A stretch of 64,000 nucleotides of DNA from Antedon mediterranea (lineage: Eukaryota; Animalia; Echinodermata): contig NC_092673.1 of the NCBI RefSeq assembly GCF_964355755.1, positions 11,690,948-11,754,947 of the forward strand, read 5' to 3'. Positions 11,625-25,875 of this stretch are shown piece after piece. The position numbers and the translations under genes were made by a program. How positions within the stretch are numbered: position 1 is the first letter of the stretch; the number at the start of each line of letters is the position of its first letter. Under the pieces are notes generated by a model. It was given only the letters and a program-made list of their open reading frames with translations, made no database searches and was not told the DNA's origin.

Positions 11625-14600
11625 CATGAAATTATCATTATTGCAATCATTTTTCTTTTAGCAACTGTAAAATAAACATAGACAATGTTATTTCAATTCA
11701 TTCAATTATCTTGTTCTATGAATCCTTTAATTGATTTAAAAATCTCAAACAAGCATGGCAGATATTAAAACTGCTTTCACATCATAGATTTTAATCCATA
11801 ATTCAGAAAGATAGATCAAGAGGCCATTAAAAATTGTACGATTTTTTTCTTTTGACCAGTAAACAGTGAGCATGAATGACCTTGCTTGACACCAAATAAC
11901 TGAATTCGTGCCTGATGTGAAAGCACGCTCAAATCTTGTGATATTTACTCAGGACACTGGAGCGATTCCGGGTGTGATGTGAAAGCAGTTTATACTGTAA
12001 TTTATTTATTTATACTGTTATTATTACAATTTATTAACTGATATAAAATAATCCATTGTATTACTATTGTAAATAAGCATGTTAATTCATATTTAGTGTA
12101 TGATTTGTTCTATGAAAGCAGTTTGTGTCTTAAAATGATTTTATTTAATTTCTATGTAAAGCAAATACAACATTTAAGATATTACTGTATGTTCATTTGT
12201 CATGAATGTTATTCCAATAATCCATGCGAGTGTAGCCTCAAATGAATTTAGTAACTGACCCTTTTGCAATGATCATAATATTCACTCATTACTACTGAGC
12301 GCATAGTAATAACAATTTTGTATTTATTTTTTTATCAACATAATTTTCTGTGTTTTTTTTAGAGCCTAAAGACATAGGTTTATTTATGTCATTTGTATAA
12401 TTTGAGTAAGATTTGATTTGGTGATATCATTAGCATGGAGGACAATCATAATATTTTGATCCAGTCAAAATAAAGAAGAAATAAAGACACTAGACCTATG
12501 TTTTTTTACCTAATTAAAGGTCACCCACTACATTAAAATTGTGAAAAATAAATTGACTAATAATTTTAGCGGAAATCCCAACATACATCGTGTGTTGGGA
12601 TTTCCAAACAAAAGAACTGTAACTTTTCAGCGAAAATACCAGGTGTTCCTCAATTAGTATTAAACGGATTCTTCCAAAAAAGGAAAGAGAATTAATTCAG
12701 CAACTAGAAAATGTCAGGCTTGGCCTATAACTAGCATACAATTTTCATATGTTAGTAGAAACGTCTATGAGATAACTTTTGACGCGACCTACTTAGGTAG
12801 TGCATCGTTTTTCTCTTGTTATCATAATTAACCTTAGAACACACATTGAAGAAAAGAAATGACCTGGTTTAATGTTTTTATAGAGTTATATATTTGCAGG
12901 TCTAGTTTCTTTAACAAAATTACTAGTTATTTTATGTATACAGTACCAGTGTTACAGTAAACTATTGTATTGTATGATAGCAATTTGTTTACATTTTGTC
13001 TATCATAAATGTAAATATATAAGATATGCTTGCATTGAAAGATATAAACTGTGTTATTTATACTGTAAAATGTATATTTACAAAGTGCCACCATATTTTC
13101 AAATAAAAATTAATAAGTGGGATGTGTGAAATAAAGTTACAATAAATAATTCCTCTCCCCACCCAATCCTTGCGCTATTGATTATTCAGACTTCTATCAC
13201 ACGCTCTTGTGAACTAGCACAACATGACAACCCACCTCCTTATCCTAAAAGACTTGTTTTACCACCAGAACGATGTAGTCAGCTAATGAAACTATGGTGT
13301 CCCTGCCTAAATTGCTTGGCCATTTCCTGCTTGTGTGGCTGCATCCTTATGCTGGTCTAATAAGGTTTTACAGAAATGTTGATATTCCAAATGGGTTTCG
13401 ATGGTAAAAAAGAATTTGAGACTAGATAATGTTATGGCTAACATTAAAGATATACATAATACAAGCCAACTAGGCTTCTTTTCAAGATAGAAACATCATT
13501 ATTCCAGAAGATACTAGTTGTAGCATAACAACCAAACTGTCTATTCCAGAACACATGATGTCATGTAATGCTTTACTACTTTCCTTTACACAAATATTTC
13601 ATAAAAATATTAAAAACCAAAACCACATTTTTTACTTATTTATTTATTTATTCATATTTACAAATGTCTTTTACTAAGCAACATCTAACATTCCTAATAA
13701 TTATACAGTAGTTAATAATTGTTAATGAAAAATATTAATAATCCTAACAAAAATTTTTAAAGTATTATTACAGTATTTTTAATACAGGTTTCATTACGAT
13801 ATGCTATTATCAAAAGCATTTTACTTTCTTCACCATGCAAACTTTATTTGATTGAGATTCATAATTAACCAAAGATATGCCATTTCAATCCCTTTTTATC
13901 ATCAATGTTTGAACTTATTTTAGGGCCGTAGCGTACTAAACAACTTTGTGTTTATTTAAAATATGTTTTTCTTTATAAATGTAGGTGGAATAAGGTTATT
14001 CTAGGTTCATTAAGAAATAATGTACATATCCCAATAATTATAATAATCTTTCCATTAAAGTAATCTTTATTGAAATACTACATGTTAAAACCAAGATTTC
14101 CAATACAACTGTTAAGCTTGGTCACCACAAGGACCAAACATAAAGTAAACTGCAATGCAAACAAATTTACCAACCACAAGCGACAGTTTAAATCAATCGC
14201 TTTTGATTGACCAATTTGCTTGCATTGCTGCTTATGTCCTTGTGTTGCATCTAATCAAGCTTTACCTATAGAAAGAAAATACATCATCATAAATTGTTAT
14301 TTAATTACAAATTAAAGCACCGTAACATTATTTGGCAAAATAAAAATGTTCTAATCTATTGATATACTGTACTGTAAACTACAGTCTTTCATTAGCCTGG
14401 AGATCCCTTAGTTTACATAGGCCATTATATTATTATAAGTCCCCATAAACATACTGGATTTACATGAAAAATTCGAGCCACTGCTGCCACATGGTTGTGG
14501 TGAAGCGAAATTTAGGTAAATGACATTCTCATAAAATTCATGATAAATAGCATCACAGTAAACACTACAACAGCCAGCAAGAAATAGTTTGAAAATTTTT

Positions 14601-15496
14601 GAAATAGTGCAGTTACAAAAACAATTAGATGGCATGAAACTTTGTAAAATACAATTAGTCTGTACATTTTACATTTTATAATACAATGTCATTTAAATGT
14701 AATTCAGTATTTAGAAATTAAATTCATTCACAACACACAATAGCACACAAAATGCGAGTCTTATAACATGTACAGTATTTGAGAGTGCTTTAAACAGGCC
14801 AAATACGAAAATTTATTTTATTTGACATCACAGACTCGCTTCAAAATGTCATTCACAATGCACTACAGTATTAATATACAAATAATGCACAAGTCAGAGT
14901 GCACTAGAGGGTATTTAAAATGAGGCCTAGCCGAGTGCATGTTCAACTATATTGAGAGTACGAATTTAGAATTGTGCATTATTTGTTTTTGCATTGGTCT
15001 AACTATTTTCACCTACCTTTTTGGATGAATACACCTAGGCCTAGCCTAGAAAGAAGCCAGCAAAACACGGCAAGCACCACTTCTCGGCAACCAAATTACC
15101 GCCTAGTCTAGGCTTAGCAAAACATGTGTGTAGCAAGATACACAAGTCGTGTGTGTGTTTTTTTTTTTAATTGGGGCAGCGAGACTAGCGCGATCGTTAT
15201 TCTGCAATACGATTTACACACAGAGTGCATGTCTGATTGGCTACATCATTGAACCTATGTAAGTAATAAACTTGATAAAATTGCATTAGCTTAGCCTTCT
15301 CCTAGAATGTTTGACAATGTACAGAATTATCTGCAATAATAGTAGTCAATTTGTATTTCTATATTGCTTTTTTAGCACTAGCCTAAATTCTATACTTGTA
15401 AACAAAAATGTCTTCAGACTGTTTTGCAGCCATAATTGAAATGCTGGATAAAACTGCATTGTAGAAATTTAAAATGTACACAACAGTATCTAAACT

Positions 15497-15832
15497 TTAA
15501 TCTTCACCGCATATATTACCAAGAGCAAACTCGTTCATAATTGTGGGAGCATTTGAATCGAACCCGACGATGTCCAGCATCCCAGGGTCAGTAGGGTCAG
15601 CGATCGTGAAACCATTGGATGTCATTGCGACCACAATTAGCTTGGCTTTCAACAGGGTTGGGTCATTCTTAAACATACACAATTTGTGTCGGTAGTTTTG
15701 AAGAGCCTGGCAAGGATGTACATTACCAACACATGTTTCACTGTCTGTATAAATGATGAAAACATCTACAGGAATGTTGTGTAGCATCGCATACTCCATC
15801 GGTTGTGCACAATCCGTGCTTCCCATACCAAT
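15497..15832 (-). CDS. RO60: RO60 last coding exon (vWA domain)
   Basis: aag|IGMGSTDCAQPMEYA...DVFIIYTDSET...HPCQALQNYR...AKLIVVAMTSNGFTIADPTDPGMLDIVGFDSNAP...*, 336 nt. Confidence 0.95.
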   Translation of the reverse strand: MGMGSTDCAQPMEYAMLHNIPVDVFIIYTDSETCVGNVHPCQALQNYRHKLCMFKNDPTLLKAKLIVVAMTSNGFTIADPTDPGMLDIVGFDSNAPTIMNEFALGNICGED

Positions 15833-16042
15833 CTTTAAGAGAACAATGAGATGTGAACACTAAACTAAACTTGATAGTTTGATTCAGTTCACTTTTGGAA
15901 ATCCTGTCACTCTCTATTATTTGTTTTTTTTATATTCAAGACAAAATAAATGAAATGAAATGAAACTACTACACCTACTGTATGTGACTTGCACTTAGTA
16001 GTGTAGCGATTCCCGATAGTTAGGGAAATGTTAAATACTTAC

Positions 16043-16285
16043 CGACTTCATTGTTTTAATGACTTCATCTAATCTTGAATGAGATCGTACTTGATCTTTG
16101 ATGTCTATAAACTCATTTGAGAATGCCATTACTTCATAATTCAACTCTGTTTTCATTGTTACCATCATCATTGCAGCTGCAGCTTCAATAGCAGTCATGT
16201 TAGCTGAACCATTGATACCGCTAAAAGACATTGAATCACTGACATCGATTGAAAGCATGTACCTCTTCTTAGTGGGTTCAACTGC
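16043..16285 (-). CDS. RO60: RO60 exon containing the MIDAS motif
   Basis: tag|AVEPTKKRYMLSIDVSDSMS...TMKS|gtaagt, 243 nt; DxSxS motif. Confidence 0.95.
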
Positions 16286-17528
16286 CTAAATAATTGTACA
16301 AAAATAGTACAAATATCAATGAACGAGAGCATCAATGATGTAATATACCACTCATGTATAAACATTCTCGAATATCTAACCCCCAGAAATTTACAGAAAA
16401 TTAAACTACTCTACTCTCATTCAATACAAAATGCATTTCACTAAATTTCCATAAAACCGAAGCAATGATTATTGATTATATTCAAAGTCAGATTAATTAT
16501 GGGAGCTGAATTGGTATGAAAATTCAAAAACACTTTTGAACTTATTTATATTATACAAAATAAAATGTACTGTACATTTTAAGTGATGTGACTGAATGTG
16601 TTGTCGGCTAAATCTAGAAACCACCAAACCTGTGTTGAGGTGAGGCAATATTTCCACATTAATGAAATAACATTAAACATACTTTTCAAGATTCAAGAAA
16701 TGTCATTGGTCAAAGTTGAAAGATGTTTGCAATAAGCAGATTGTATAGTGAAATAAAGTGCTTATTTTTCATTACCATGTAATTTTACATTGTTGTATTT
16801 ACTCTGTGTGTTCTATCTCTGTTAAATTGTATGTTTTAATTTTAGTGCAAGTTTGCAAGTTTGACGGCACCACTATTATAGTGTACTGCCATTGATTTAA
16901 AAGTAATTGTCAGTCTATTTATTTATATAGTGTCACATTCTTCTTAACATAAAGCTCTAAGCAGATTTTGAACAAAACAGTAAACAAATTTCAATACCCA
17001 AGTCATTTTTCAGCTATTTACAGGTATTAGACCCAGTAAGGCAAAAAACTACCTTATGTTAATGTAATGCGACCAACCTTTAAAATACACTCTATCCTAG
17101 ACATTTAAATTTATTTTAAAGAAAAAAAATAATCAAGAATTGGCTTGGTTTTCCCATGGAGTAAAGATTTTTATCCAAAATCAAGACGATTTAACATATT
17201 AAAAAATTGAGTGGCTGCTTACCTAAACTAGATTTTTGGGTCTGTTGGCATTATGCCAACATAACTATTTTTTTAGCCTAATTATTAACAGTATTACTCT
17301 ACAAATTTAAAATTATTTTAGTTCACTACTTTTCATTATAAAATATTTAACAATAATACGTCATTTTTGTCAGTAACAAAAATACTAAACAAGTTACATT
17401 TGAATACAAATACTATATTAATAGACTGGTGCCTAATGAATGTTATTTGGTATTTTTCAAAAACAAATAGTTACAAATACAAACAGTATTGTAAAAAACA
17501 GCTAAATTGTAGTAGGTTTTTAGATTAC

Positions 17529-17813
17529 CTTAAAAGAAAGATAAAAGGCTGTTTCCAATTCGTCCAAAATCCTTGAATTTGGTAGCCATGTTAACTTGCC
17601 CTTTTCACCTTTTCCACTTTTGTATGTTTTAAGGGCAAGTAGCGCCATGAATGGATGGAGTCTGGATTCTTTTAACAATTCCAAATTCCTCAGTTTCTCA
17701 ATTACAATTAATGCCTCTTCAGAATTGGCTGAAAACATGCCAATAGCCGTCATTCTTCCCAGATTACGTATCATTGCTGTCATAGGCATGTCCTTTAATA
17801 ATGCTGTCCATAC
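17529..17813 (-). CDS. RO60: RO60 internal exon (TROVE domain)
   Basis: aag|VWTALLKDMPMTAMIRNLGRMT...SRLHPFMALLALKTYKSGKGEKGKLTW.PN..ILDELETAFYLSFK|gt, 285 nt. Confidence 0.95.
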
Positions 17814-17865
17814 CTTATACATAATATACATTTTAATTAAAGTAACTTGAGCATTTCGATATAAT

Positions 17866-18728
17866 ACAGATACTGACTGCTTAGAGGTTAAATATAAGAT
17901 TTGACATCCCTGAGGGAATGACATTATGTTTGAGGGAATATACTGTATATATAATTCCCCGAGAACATAATATAATTCCTGAGGGATGTCAAATCTTATA
18001 TTTTACTGATATAAAAGGCGATTATATTACATAGCCAACAACAAGTAAAATATCTGCTGGGTCGGGTAGCTAGGATAGGCCTCCTTTTTGTATTGTATGT
18101 AAACAAGCCTGCCTAGACACCTTACCTTGCGAAGAATAATATACAGATAATTACTAATTAATGATTCCTTGGCAATAAAATATTAACTAGCCTAGGTCGT
18201 TTAAATAATGATCACCAATAAGCCTACATTAATAATAATAATATTATTATCAGGTAGGCCGAATCACCGGATGTTCGGTGCATTGTGCGCAGACCAAGTT
18301 ACTACTGTTATTATTAATCAATCACAAACGGTCTTTTATCCCATCTAGAGAGGACTAATAACAAATGAGGGTGCTATGTATGCATAGTTTAATTGATTAA
18401 CTTCTTCAAGCAAGTTCCGTGGCGTAGCGGATGAAGCGTTGTCTTGTGATGGAGTGTTCAAGTTGAAGTTCAAGTCCCAGTAGATGACTTTTGTTTATTT
18501 ATCGACAAACGTGAGTGTTGCCACACGAAAATTACACAGTCAATATCATCGTACTCGAGAACTGGCTGGAATTTGTTTAATGACAGGGACACGATAATTA
18601 CTTGAAAATTACTCAGTCAATATCATCGTACGTGAGGATATATATGATTTACGATCCTCACAGCGGTAGTCATGTGATGCAATTTCAACCAATCACGTTC
18701 ACGTATTTACTATGGCTATGTAACATAA
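17866..18728. mobile_element. Non-autonomous element with a terminal palindrome, offset inverted repeats and an internal tRNA-like segment; family uncertain
   Basis: Palindrome AATATAAGATTTGACATCCCT...AGGGATGTCAAATCTTATATT (17890-18002); IR TTATATTACATAGCCA (18022) / TGGCTATGTAACATAA (18713); A/B-box segment at 18414-18492. Confidence 0.55.
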
Positions 18729-20222
18729 AATAATCTTTAATTGAAACAGAGGCTATTATTTTTATATAAATTCAATCTAATCTAATATTTTAGCTTATAC
18801 AGTTTTGGGCAGTACTACTGTAAATTAAAGGTTACTACACACTACAGTTGGTAGGACGATAACATTTATGTTTATCTACAGATAAACATAAATTTTTCTT
18901 ACATAACAAAAGAAATTAGAAAAGTTTTCATTCTAGAACTAAAATAATCATGTATGCTGTCTTTTATAAAAATAGTATTGTTAAAAATCCAATCAAATGA
19001 CGTCATCTTATAAATTGTGTACAATATTAGTACTGGTTACATGTGTATTATATGTAGTTTCATGTAAAGATATTTTATTTTGTGTCGTTACATTTTTTAA
19101 AAACAAAAATCATGCAAACAACAAGTGAATGAGCCCACGCCAGCAAGAAAGAGATGTGCGATAATCAGTATTCAACATTTAATCAGGTAAGTACCACAAT
19201 TGTATGCTGCGCTTATTTATGATAATGATATGACAATTAAATAATGGTGCAGATTTCTGTAAACATTTCAAAACTTTTTTCCATGCGACGTTGACTGATC
19301 GTGTTCCTAAATCAACTGTTTTACTCTGCGTCTAAAGTTGGAGCACATTTTTTTAATGGCCTAGTTTCCCAGCACACATATTTGGATAGTTTTAAAAAAA
19401 CTTAGAAGAAAATTTGGAAAAAATTTACAATCATTATAGAGAAGCATCTCATAGAAATGAAATAAAAATGGAATGAAATATTAAAAGCATTTATATGGGA
19501 CTTGTCATCTGAACACTTCTACATGCAACAGGTGTAGATAACAAACCACCATCAATAAGAAAATCTACAAATTTAATAAAAATAAATCTATTGAAAATGG
19601 GGGTAATTTTAATGTATGTAACCTATGTTTGTAAGATGACCACATGTCATAAGCCATACAAAAGTAACATGGTAAGCAAAATCGTGTAAAACGCATCTGT
19701 ACAGATTAAATCTGATGGATATAGAGTAGGTCAAGTTTTACAACATTCGTAAAGCTAGTTACTTATTCGCCATAGAGGACGTAGATGCAAATGGTAAAGT
19801 AGGCAAGAGTCATCGATCCCTACCAAAAAAAAATAGGTACGCTAATGACCGATAGAGATATGGCAACCTTTACCTGTTGTATTACTAATTTGCATACTTT
19901 CAAGGGAAGTAATACTTCAAAATCAATGGACGTAAATAGTTTTATTCTTGACAATTTTTTTTTTATAAATAATTTGTCAGAGTACGGGCTAGTTAAATTA
20001 ATTTAGGAAATACAGTCTCATAATGAATCCAACAATTTTATTACATTTGCTTGTAGTTTGAGAAGTGTGTTTATTCCACTTGAAATCTGAAAACATTGTG
20101 ACTTTCCGTTACACTTTCAAGTATTTTATTATTTATTTTTAATTGGAAATAATTTTTTTCTTTTCATCTTATTGATCAACATAACTTCACATCTATTATT
20201 TAAAGACAAATTATTATTATAC

Positions 20223-20440
20223 CTGTACAGATTTTAGGAGTTGTGTGGGTATATGCTCTCGAACCAGCTTGTTTTCTTCAATAAGAACTGCCACTTGTGT
20301 CTCATCTTCAGATTTTCTAACACACTCAACTGCCTCTAAAAACTCAACAACTTTCTTGACTTCTGAGATCTCACAATCATTGTAAAGCTTTTTCACTTCA
20401 GCAATTCCTTTGAATATGTATTTAAATACAGCATCAACAC
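20223..20440 (-). CDS. RO60: RO60 internal exon
   Basis: cag|(G)VDAVFKYIFKG...LIEENKLVREHIPTQLLKSVQ|gt, 218 nt; splice phases match neighbours. Confidence 0.93.
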
Positions 20441-20675
20441 CTGAAAGAAACAATTGAATATTTAACGTTTATTATTATAAATACTGCATATTATAGTAAT
20501 GAGTAACAATTACTATTAATAGAACAATGCATACAGTAGGTTTGAGAATGTGATCAACACAACTTGATGAACAGTTGGAAAGAACCAACCGGATTGAGGC
20601 CAAGCACTTTTAATACCCAAGACAGGACCCTAAACCTCTCTATCTACTGGAATACTAAAGTTGGTGTTACTGTAC

Positions 20676-21255
20676 CTTGTTGGGCTGAAGGATTTACATG
20701 ACAAAGTCGAAGAACATCTTTATGAGACCAGCCATCTCGCTTTTTATACTTTGTTACAAGGTAAGCTAACCTCCGAGGGTCTTTGTCTAGGTACCAGGCT
20801 TTAACAGCACGTCGATGGGCTCTTCCCCAGCCGCTCGACTCTCCACTTACACGTTCACAATAGTCAATAAATTTAAATAGATGTGTTGGTATACGACATA
20901 CTTTTGAGAGAGCTTTATAAGCAGCAGTTTTCGTTTTTAAGTCTGAACAACGTGCACATAATGCGAGTACAATTAACAGTGGGTTTTGCTTTGAAACTCT
21001 GCCCTCATCGCTGTATTTCACAACTTCTTTAACAACATTCAAACCTTTACCAGACGCTACAAGATCAGCAACAGCTGTAACACTTTCTTCCCCAAGTGTT
21101 TCTTCTTGTACGTAATAAGTTCCTTGAGAAGATCCAAGACAGAGAAATCTTCTAAGACGGTCAATATCTTTAACATTCCATACATAGCTTTCTGCCGAAT
21201 TCTGTACTTGAGAATCGTGCAACTTTTGTGTTTGCTCCACACTCTCTTGCGTCAT
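20676..21255 (-). CDS. RO60: RO60 (60 kDa SS-A/Ro ribonucleoprotein) first coding exon
   Basis: MTQ...QVQNSAESYVW...RLRRFLCLGS..GTYY...VCRIPTHLFKF...GWGRAHRRAVKAWY...VTKYKKRDGWSHKDVLRLCH; 580 coding nt; acceptor at 21300/21299 upstream of the ATG; spliced CDS 1662 nt = 553 aa. Confidence 0.97.
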
Positions 21256-21779
21256 TTCACAATACTCTAATTAATTGATTTGAATGACGAAATAAACACC
21301 TGAAAAAGCAAATTGTTTGAATCAAATATTCATGTGCATTAAAGTAGCTTATATTTATAACAATCTATAAAGTGATAAGAAGTGTTACAGTATGTTATAG
21401 TATCATTATCAATATCAGCTTATTAACATGGTTTTACAGTACTTGTACAATGCAGTGCAGGGAAACATAACCAACAGAACTAAATCATTTTTGGGGGACA
21501 ATATATCTTTAACATGGTATCCTGAAATCCCCTAAAACACTGTCATTGTTTGATATCAATCAAAAATGTCTTTCGTTTCGTAAAAAAGGTGTATAATATT
21601 AAATTATAAACCAATATACTAAACACAAATTAAATGAAAGCCTAAAAGGCTATCTATAGTAAAAACGGCATTTGGTGCCAGGTGCAGAAAATGTGACAGG
21701 AATGGTCATTTTGTCAAATTTGGTCATCTACTATGTCAAAGGAGAACAGCAAATCGGCAGTCCAAGCTACTCGCGTTAG

Positions 21780-22500
21780 AAAAACGTTCAATAAATCAGC
21801 CAATTGCCTGAAATTGACGAGTGTGATTATGAAATGGAACAAATTAACCAAGTAATTTAAATCGACCCACTCAATAAGGTAAATTTAAAATTAGACACAG
21901 GTGCAAAGTGTATTGTCTTACCATATCTCATGATACAAGGTATTGGACAATAAGCTGCAAAGAGCTTTCGGTGGTACAATTATTCATACAATGGGACAAA
22001 TAAACCTACCAATAACTGTCGCTAGTGAAACATAAAACACAATAGTGTTTCTACATAGTGAAAGAAAACTGCTTACCCCTTCTAGGACTTGACGACTCAC
22101 TGAAACTGAACCTCAACGATGATTTTGTACATGAGCTAGCCAATTCTGAGGCTCCTAAGATTACAAAGTTTCCAGAAGTGTTTGATGGCAAATTAGGAAA
22201 ACTGCCTTTAAAATACCAATACCAAACCCATAGAAGAAAAAGTAAAAACTAAGTTTAAGAGAATGACAGATCTTGGTGTCATAACACCAGTAGAAGAAGC
22301 CACCGATTGGGTTTCTTCAATGGTTGCAACCAAAAAGAAAAACACTGATGACATAAGATTATGTATCGATCCCCATGATCTAAATAAAGCCTTAAAACAG
22401 CCACACCACTCCATGCGTACAATAGAACACTGTAAGGTTTTTACTGTGCTTGATGCTAAAAACTACTTTTGGCAGATTCCAATTAGACAAAGTTTTAACT
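21780..22500 (+). mobile_element. Degenerate Ty3/Gypsy LTR-retrotransposon pol fragment (protease + RT) in the RO60 5' intron
   Basis: VNLKLDTGAKCIVLP (aspartic protease DTG); GVITPVEEATDWVSSMVATKKK..DIRLCIDPHDLNKAL...VFTVLDAKNYFWQIP. Confidence 0.85.
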
Positions 22501-25500
22501 ATATGTAGAATATAGATGTGCACTTTTTAAAATGTGATGAACTATGACGCAAAATATGAACATTTCAAGATTTTTTTTAAATTTTTACAATGTTCAACTT
22601 GTTAGCAATCTTAACCTGTTTAATATCAAACTAAAGCTAATGTTATATTATGTACTTTCAGGATATTTAAGTGAAAATGTTGAGATATATACAGACATAT
22701 TTCCATTTAAAATAATGATATTTATAAAACTTAAAAAATGAAACAATATGGGGTTTACTTAAATCCTAACAGACATCTGAATTCCAATTTATATGTCATT
22801 TCTTTTTAGAATTAAAGAACTATAAATAAATTCTTTGAGATTTTGTTCCAAAATACAACATTTTTTTTTTAATTTAAGAAACATGCACCTTCTTGACAAT
22901 GTTAATACAGTATAATAAGCTATAACCAGCATTTTCACAGTAAAGTTTATTTCAATATGCTTTATAATTAATAATCAAAATATATAACAAAAGACAAGCT
23001 TCCTGGGAATGGTAGATTTTGGCGACGCCTTAAAAAACAATAAGGGAAATAATAGTGATTTGAATAATAATACAACAACACTAATTCTTATTGATCTAAT
23101 ACATCATGTGACTGTTTATAGGTGATTATTAATTAGTCAGTAACATTTGCCCACTTTTCACCTGAATGTCAGAATTTATCTAGTTATGCTAAGTAATTAT
23201 ACATTACTGTATGCTATCAACACCTAAGGAAAAGATGGCGCATTATCGACAACTCTTGAAGGAGGAAGGAAAATGTGATCAGGTGAAAGAGCGAGAGATC
23301 AAACGAAAAGAGAAAGAATAACAAATCTGAATCAGGGAGCAAAAGAAGTATTTAAAAACTGAAAGAGAGTATAAGAGGAAGGGTTGAGTAATAAGAGCAA
23401 AGGCTGCCGAGAATATAGGTGACAAATGGAGAAACGGACTGAAATAACTTTACCCTTCCTAAACGAAGAAGTAGATATGTGAGAAGACTTTCAAATTGAT
23501 GATGATGGACACCGACCAGAATTTCATGGAAATATCATTCTAGATGTTGCAGTTAAAACTGTTATAGATCTCTACATAAAATATGACATATCTTAGCAAA
23601 GTGCTATCAAGCATTAATGAATGAGAATGCCACCTGCGTCGTAGTCATTTTAACTAATACGTTTTTAAACATTTGAGCATACCTTGTTTATATGATCATT
23701 CCAGTTTAATTGCGGATCAAATTCAAATCACCCCTAAGATATTTAAAAGAGTCAACTCATTCAATAATATCACCTTAAGATATAGAAATATTAAAATTAT
23801 ATTAAAGAAATATGAAAATCTGACTTGTATGTAGTTTTTGAAATATATGGTCTAAAACATCGTTGAAAATTATTTATAATTTTTAGCCAAAAAATTTATT
23901 ATTAGTTTTTAGCTATGAACGGCGTAAACAAGTTGCACCATCAGTCGGCAATTGTATGAACTACGTCATTTATCGATATAATAATTACATAAAATTATGG
24001 TTTTTAGTAATATATTTTGTATATCAACATAAAATTCAATAAAATATAATATTATTACATGTTTATTAATTAAAAAGTAGTGTTTATTTAATCTCAAGAA
24101 TTTCAATAGATTATTTTCCTGTGTAAATTGGACAGTCCTGAGAGACAACGTTAAACACACGCAAGAAAATTCTTCTGCAGTGTATTTGATTCGCGTCAAC
24201 TAATGAAAGGGCGAGAATCCTAAATTATTCAATCGCGAGTCAAGGGGATCGGTCAAAAACAGAGGTCTGAATAGCTTACGATGATGAGCCCCTCAGAATT
24301 AAAAAAAATTATATAAAAATGTACAAAATGGATATTTTTCAGGGTACTGTATATGGGTTGTTACTATGAAATATTCTAAACGTAAAGGCCTCATTGTAGT
24401 GTTTATGTGTACTCTTTGCTGTCTGTGTTCGCGTGACGCCCACTGAGGTTTGAATGTAAAGTATTACAGTTTGGGATTTGGCTGTCCCGATTTAGAACTT
24501 GACGGGTTCTAAAGTTTATTAAACAAGCGTGCAATGTATTAGCACAAATACATTACACTCATATCGGGATGATAAAACTCTTTTTTAGCACTTAAAATTA
24601 ATATTTTTCTTAGTAACAAGCACATGGTATGTGGAACTATATTATCTTGGTGTAGGAATAAAAAACATTTTGAGGTCATAAGAGGCTCAACTACAAAAAT
24701 TAGGTTGAAAGTGGTAGGTTATTGAGCCATTCATTCAAGGATTTTTGTAGTAAACAAAAGCTATATACACCAGACGATAATGATCTTTTAACCACATTAT
24801 TCACGTTTTTGGTTGACTGAAATGGAATAAAAAATACTTGATCTTATACTATAGAATAGTTAAATAAATATTCACTCCAATAAATATTTTCTTAATTAAT
24901 TTATTTTCAGAATAATGATCTAAAAAAAACTCTTTACCAATGTATAAAAACACAGCGCCAATGGCACTGCTTGCATAGTATCTTGCGTGCTATTTATTTG
25001 TGGTAATGAAAATGGAGTCAACTCTCAGTATCCCTATCGTAAAGCCACAGCATTAATTTTTACTTTAAATTATGATTTTCTCATGTAAATAATTTTTTTT
25101 CCAATCAAATTTTTGGTCAAAATGAATTCAACAAAATATTTAAAAAAATTATTTTTTCAGATGGACAATATAACTGAAATTACGTAATATGAGATATTGA
25201 GGTGCGAAAGTGAAATAGCAGGTAAACCGACGATCAGGGCTATGGATGATTGGGCCAAACATACAAGACGATCATGCCCATAAAGAAATGGGCCCGATCA
25301 TTTCTATGATGGGCTGAACCGTCTTAGGCATTGGTCTCGATAGTCTTAATCGTTGGGCCCGACCAATAGTCTTAACATTGAATAACACCTAAATGTGTCC
25401 CTGTCTCTTAATATATCCACTTGTTCCATGGGAAAGTGTCCCCTGAATTGAATAAGGGTGTCCCAAAGAAGAGATTATATCTGTATGTGCACGCTTTAGC

Positions 25501-25707
25501 TCTACATTACATGAATTTGAACAAACTCAGCCCATCAACTTGTGGTCTTCACTAAGGCCGCTAGAAATACATTACATGGTTCTCATCAGCGCCCGCTCGC
25601 GATTTTTGGCCCCGCACCCAAAAAGTTCATCTTTGTGTATTGTTAAGAAAAAACAGGGGTAAATATAAGAAAAGTACAAATTTTGTTTTCATGAAAATCC
25701 GACTCAC

Positions 25708-25800
25708 CTCCCGTCGATCGTGAACGCACAAACCATTGTGTATGTGATCGCACGATTTCGCAACATAAAGTGTGTATCTTAATCGTCGCGAACCGCCATC
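25708..25800 (-). promoter_or_regulatory. Probable non-coding first exon / CpG-rich promoter region of RO60; 5' limit unknown
   Basis: Consensus donor GAG|GTGAGT at 25708/25707 on the minus strand within a locally CpG-rich island; the RO60 ATG exon has an acceptor that needs an upstream exon. Confidence 0.5.
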
Positions 25801-25875
25801 AATCCGTATTTTGAGCCTCATTCTGAAACCAAGTATTCTAGTCCAGGTGGTGAGCGTGTGTTTAAGTCGGGTGCA

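Noticed and set aside
10988-15496. Overlapping antisense 3' UTRs of convergent PPP6C and RO60
   Set aside because: Candidate poly(A) signals (+ ~13100-13146; - ~13640-13850) suggest the transcripts end before meeting; cannot be determined without RNA data
23236-23600. K/E/R-rich reading MAHYRQLLKEEGKCDQVKEREIKRKEKE*
   Set aside because: Multiple stops and no recognisable domain; possibly a decayed TE ORF but not supportable
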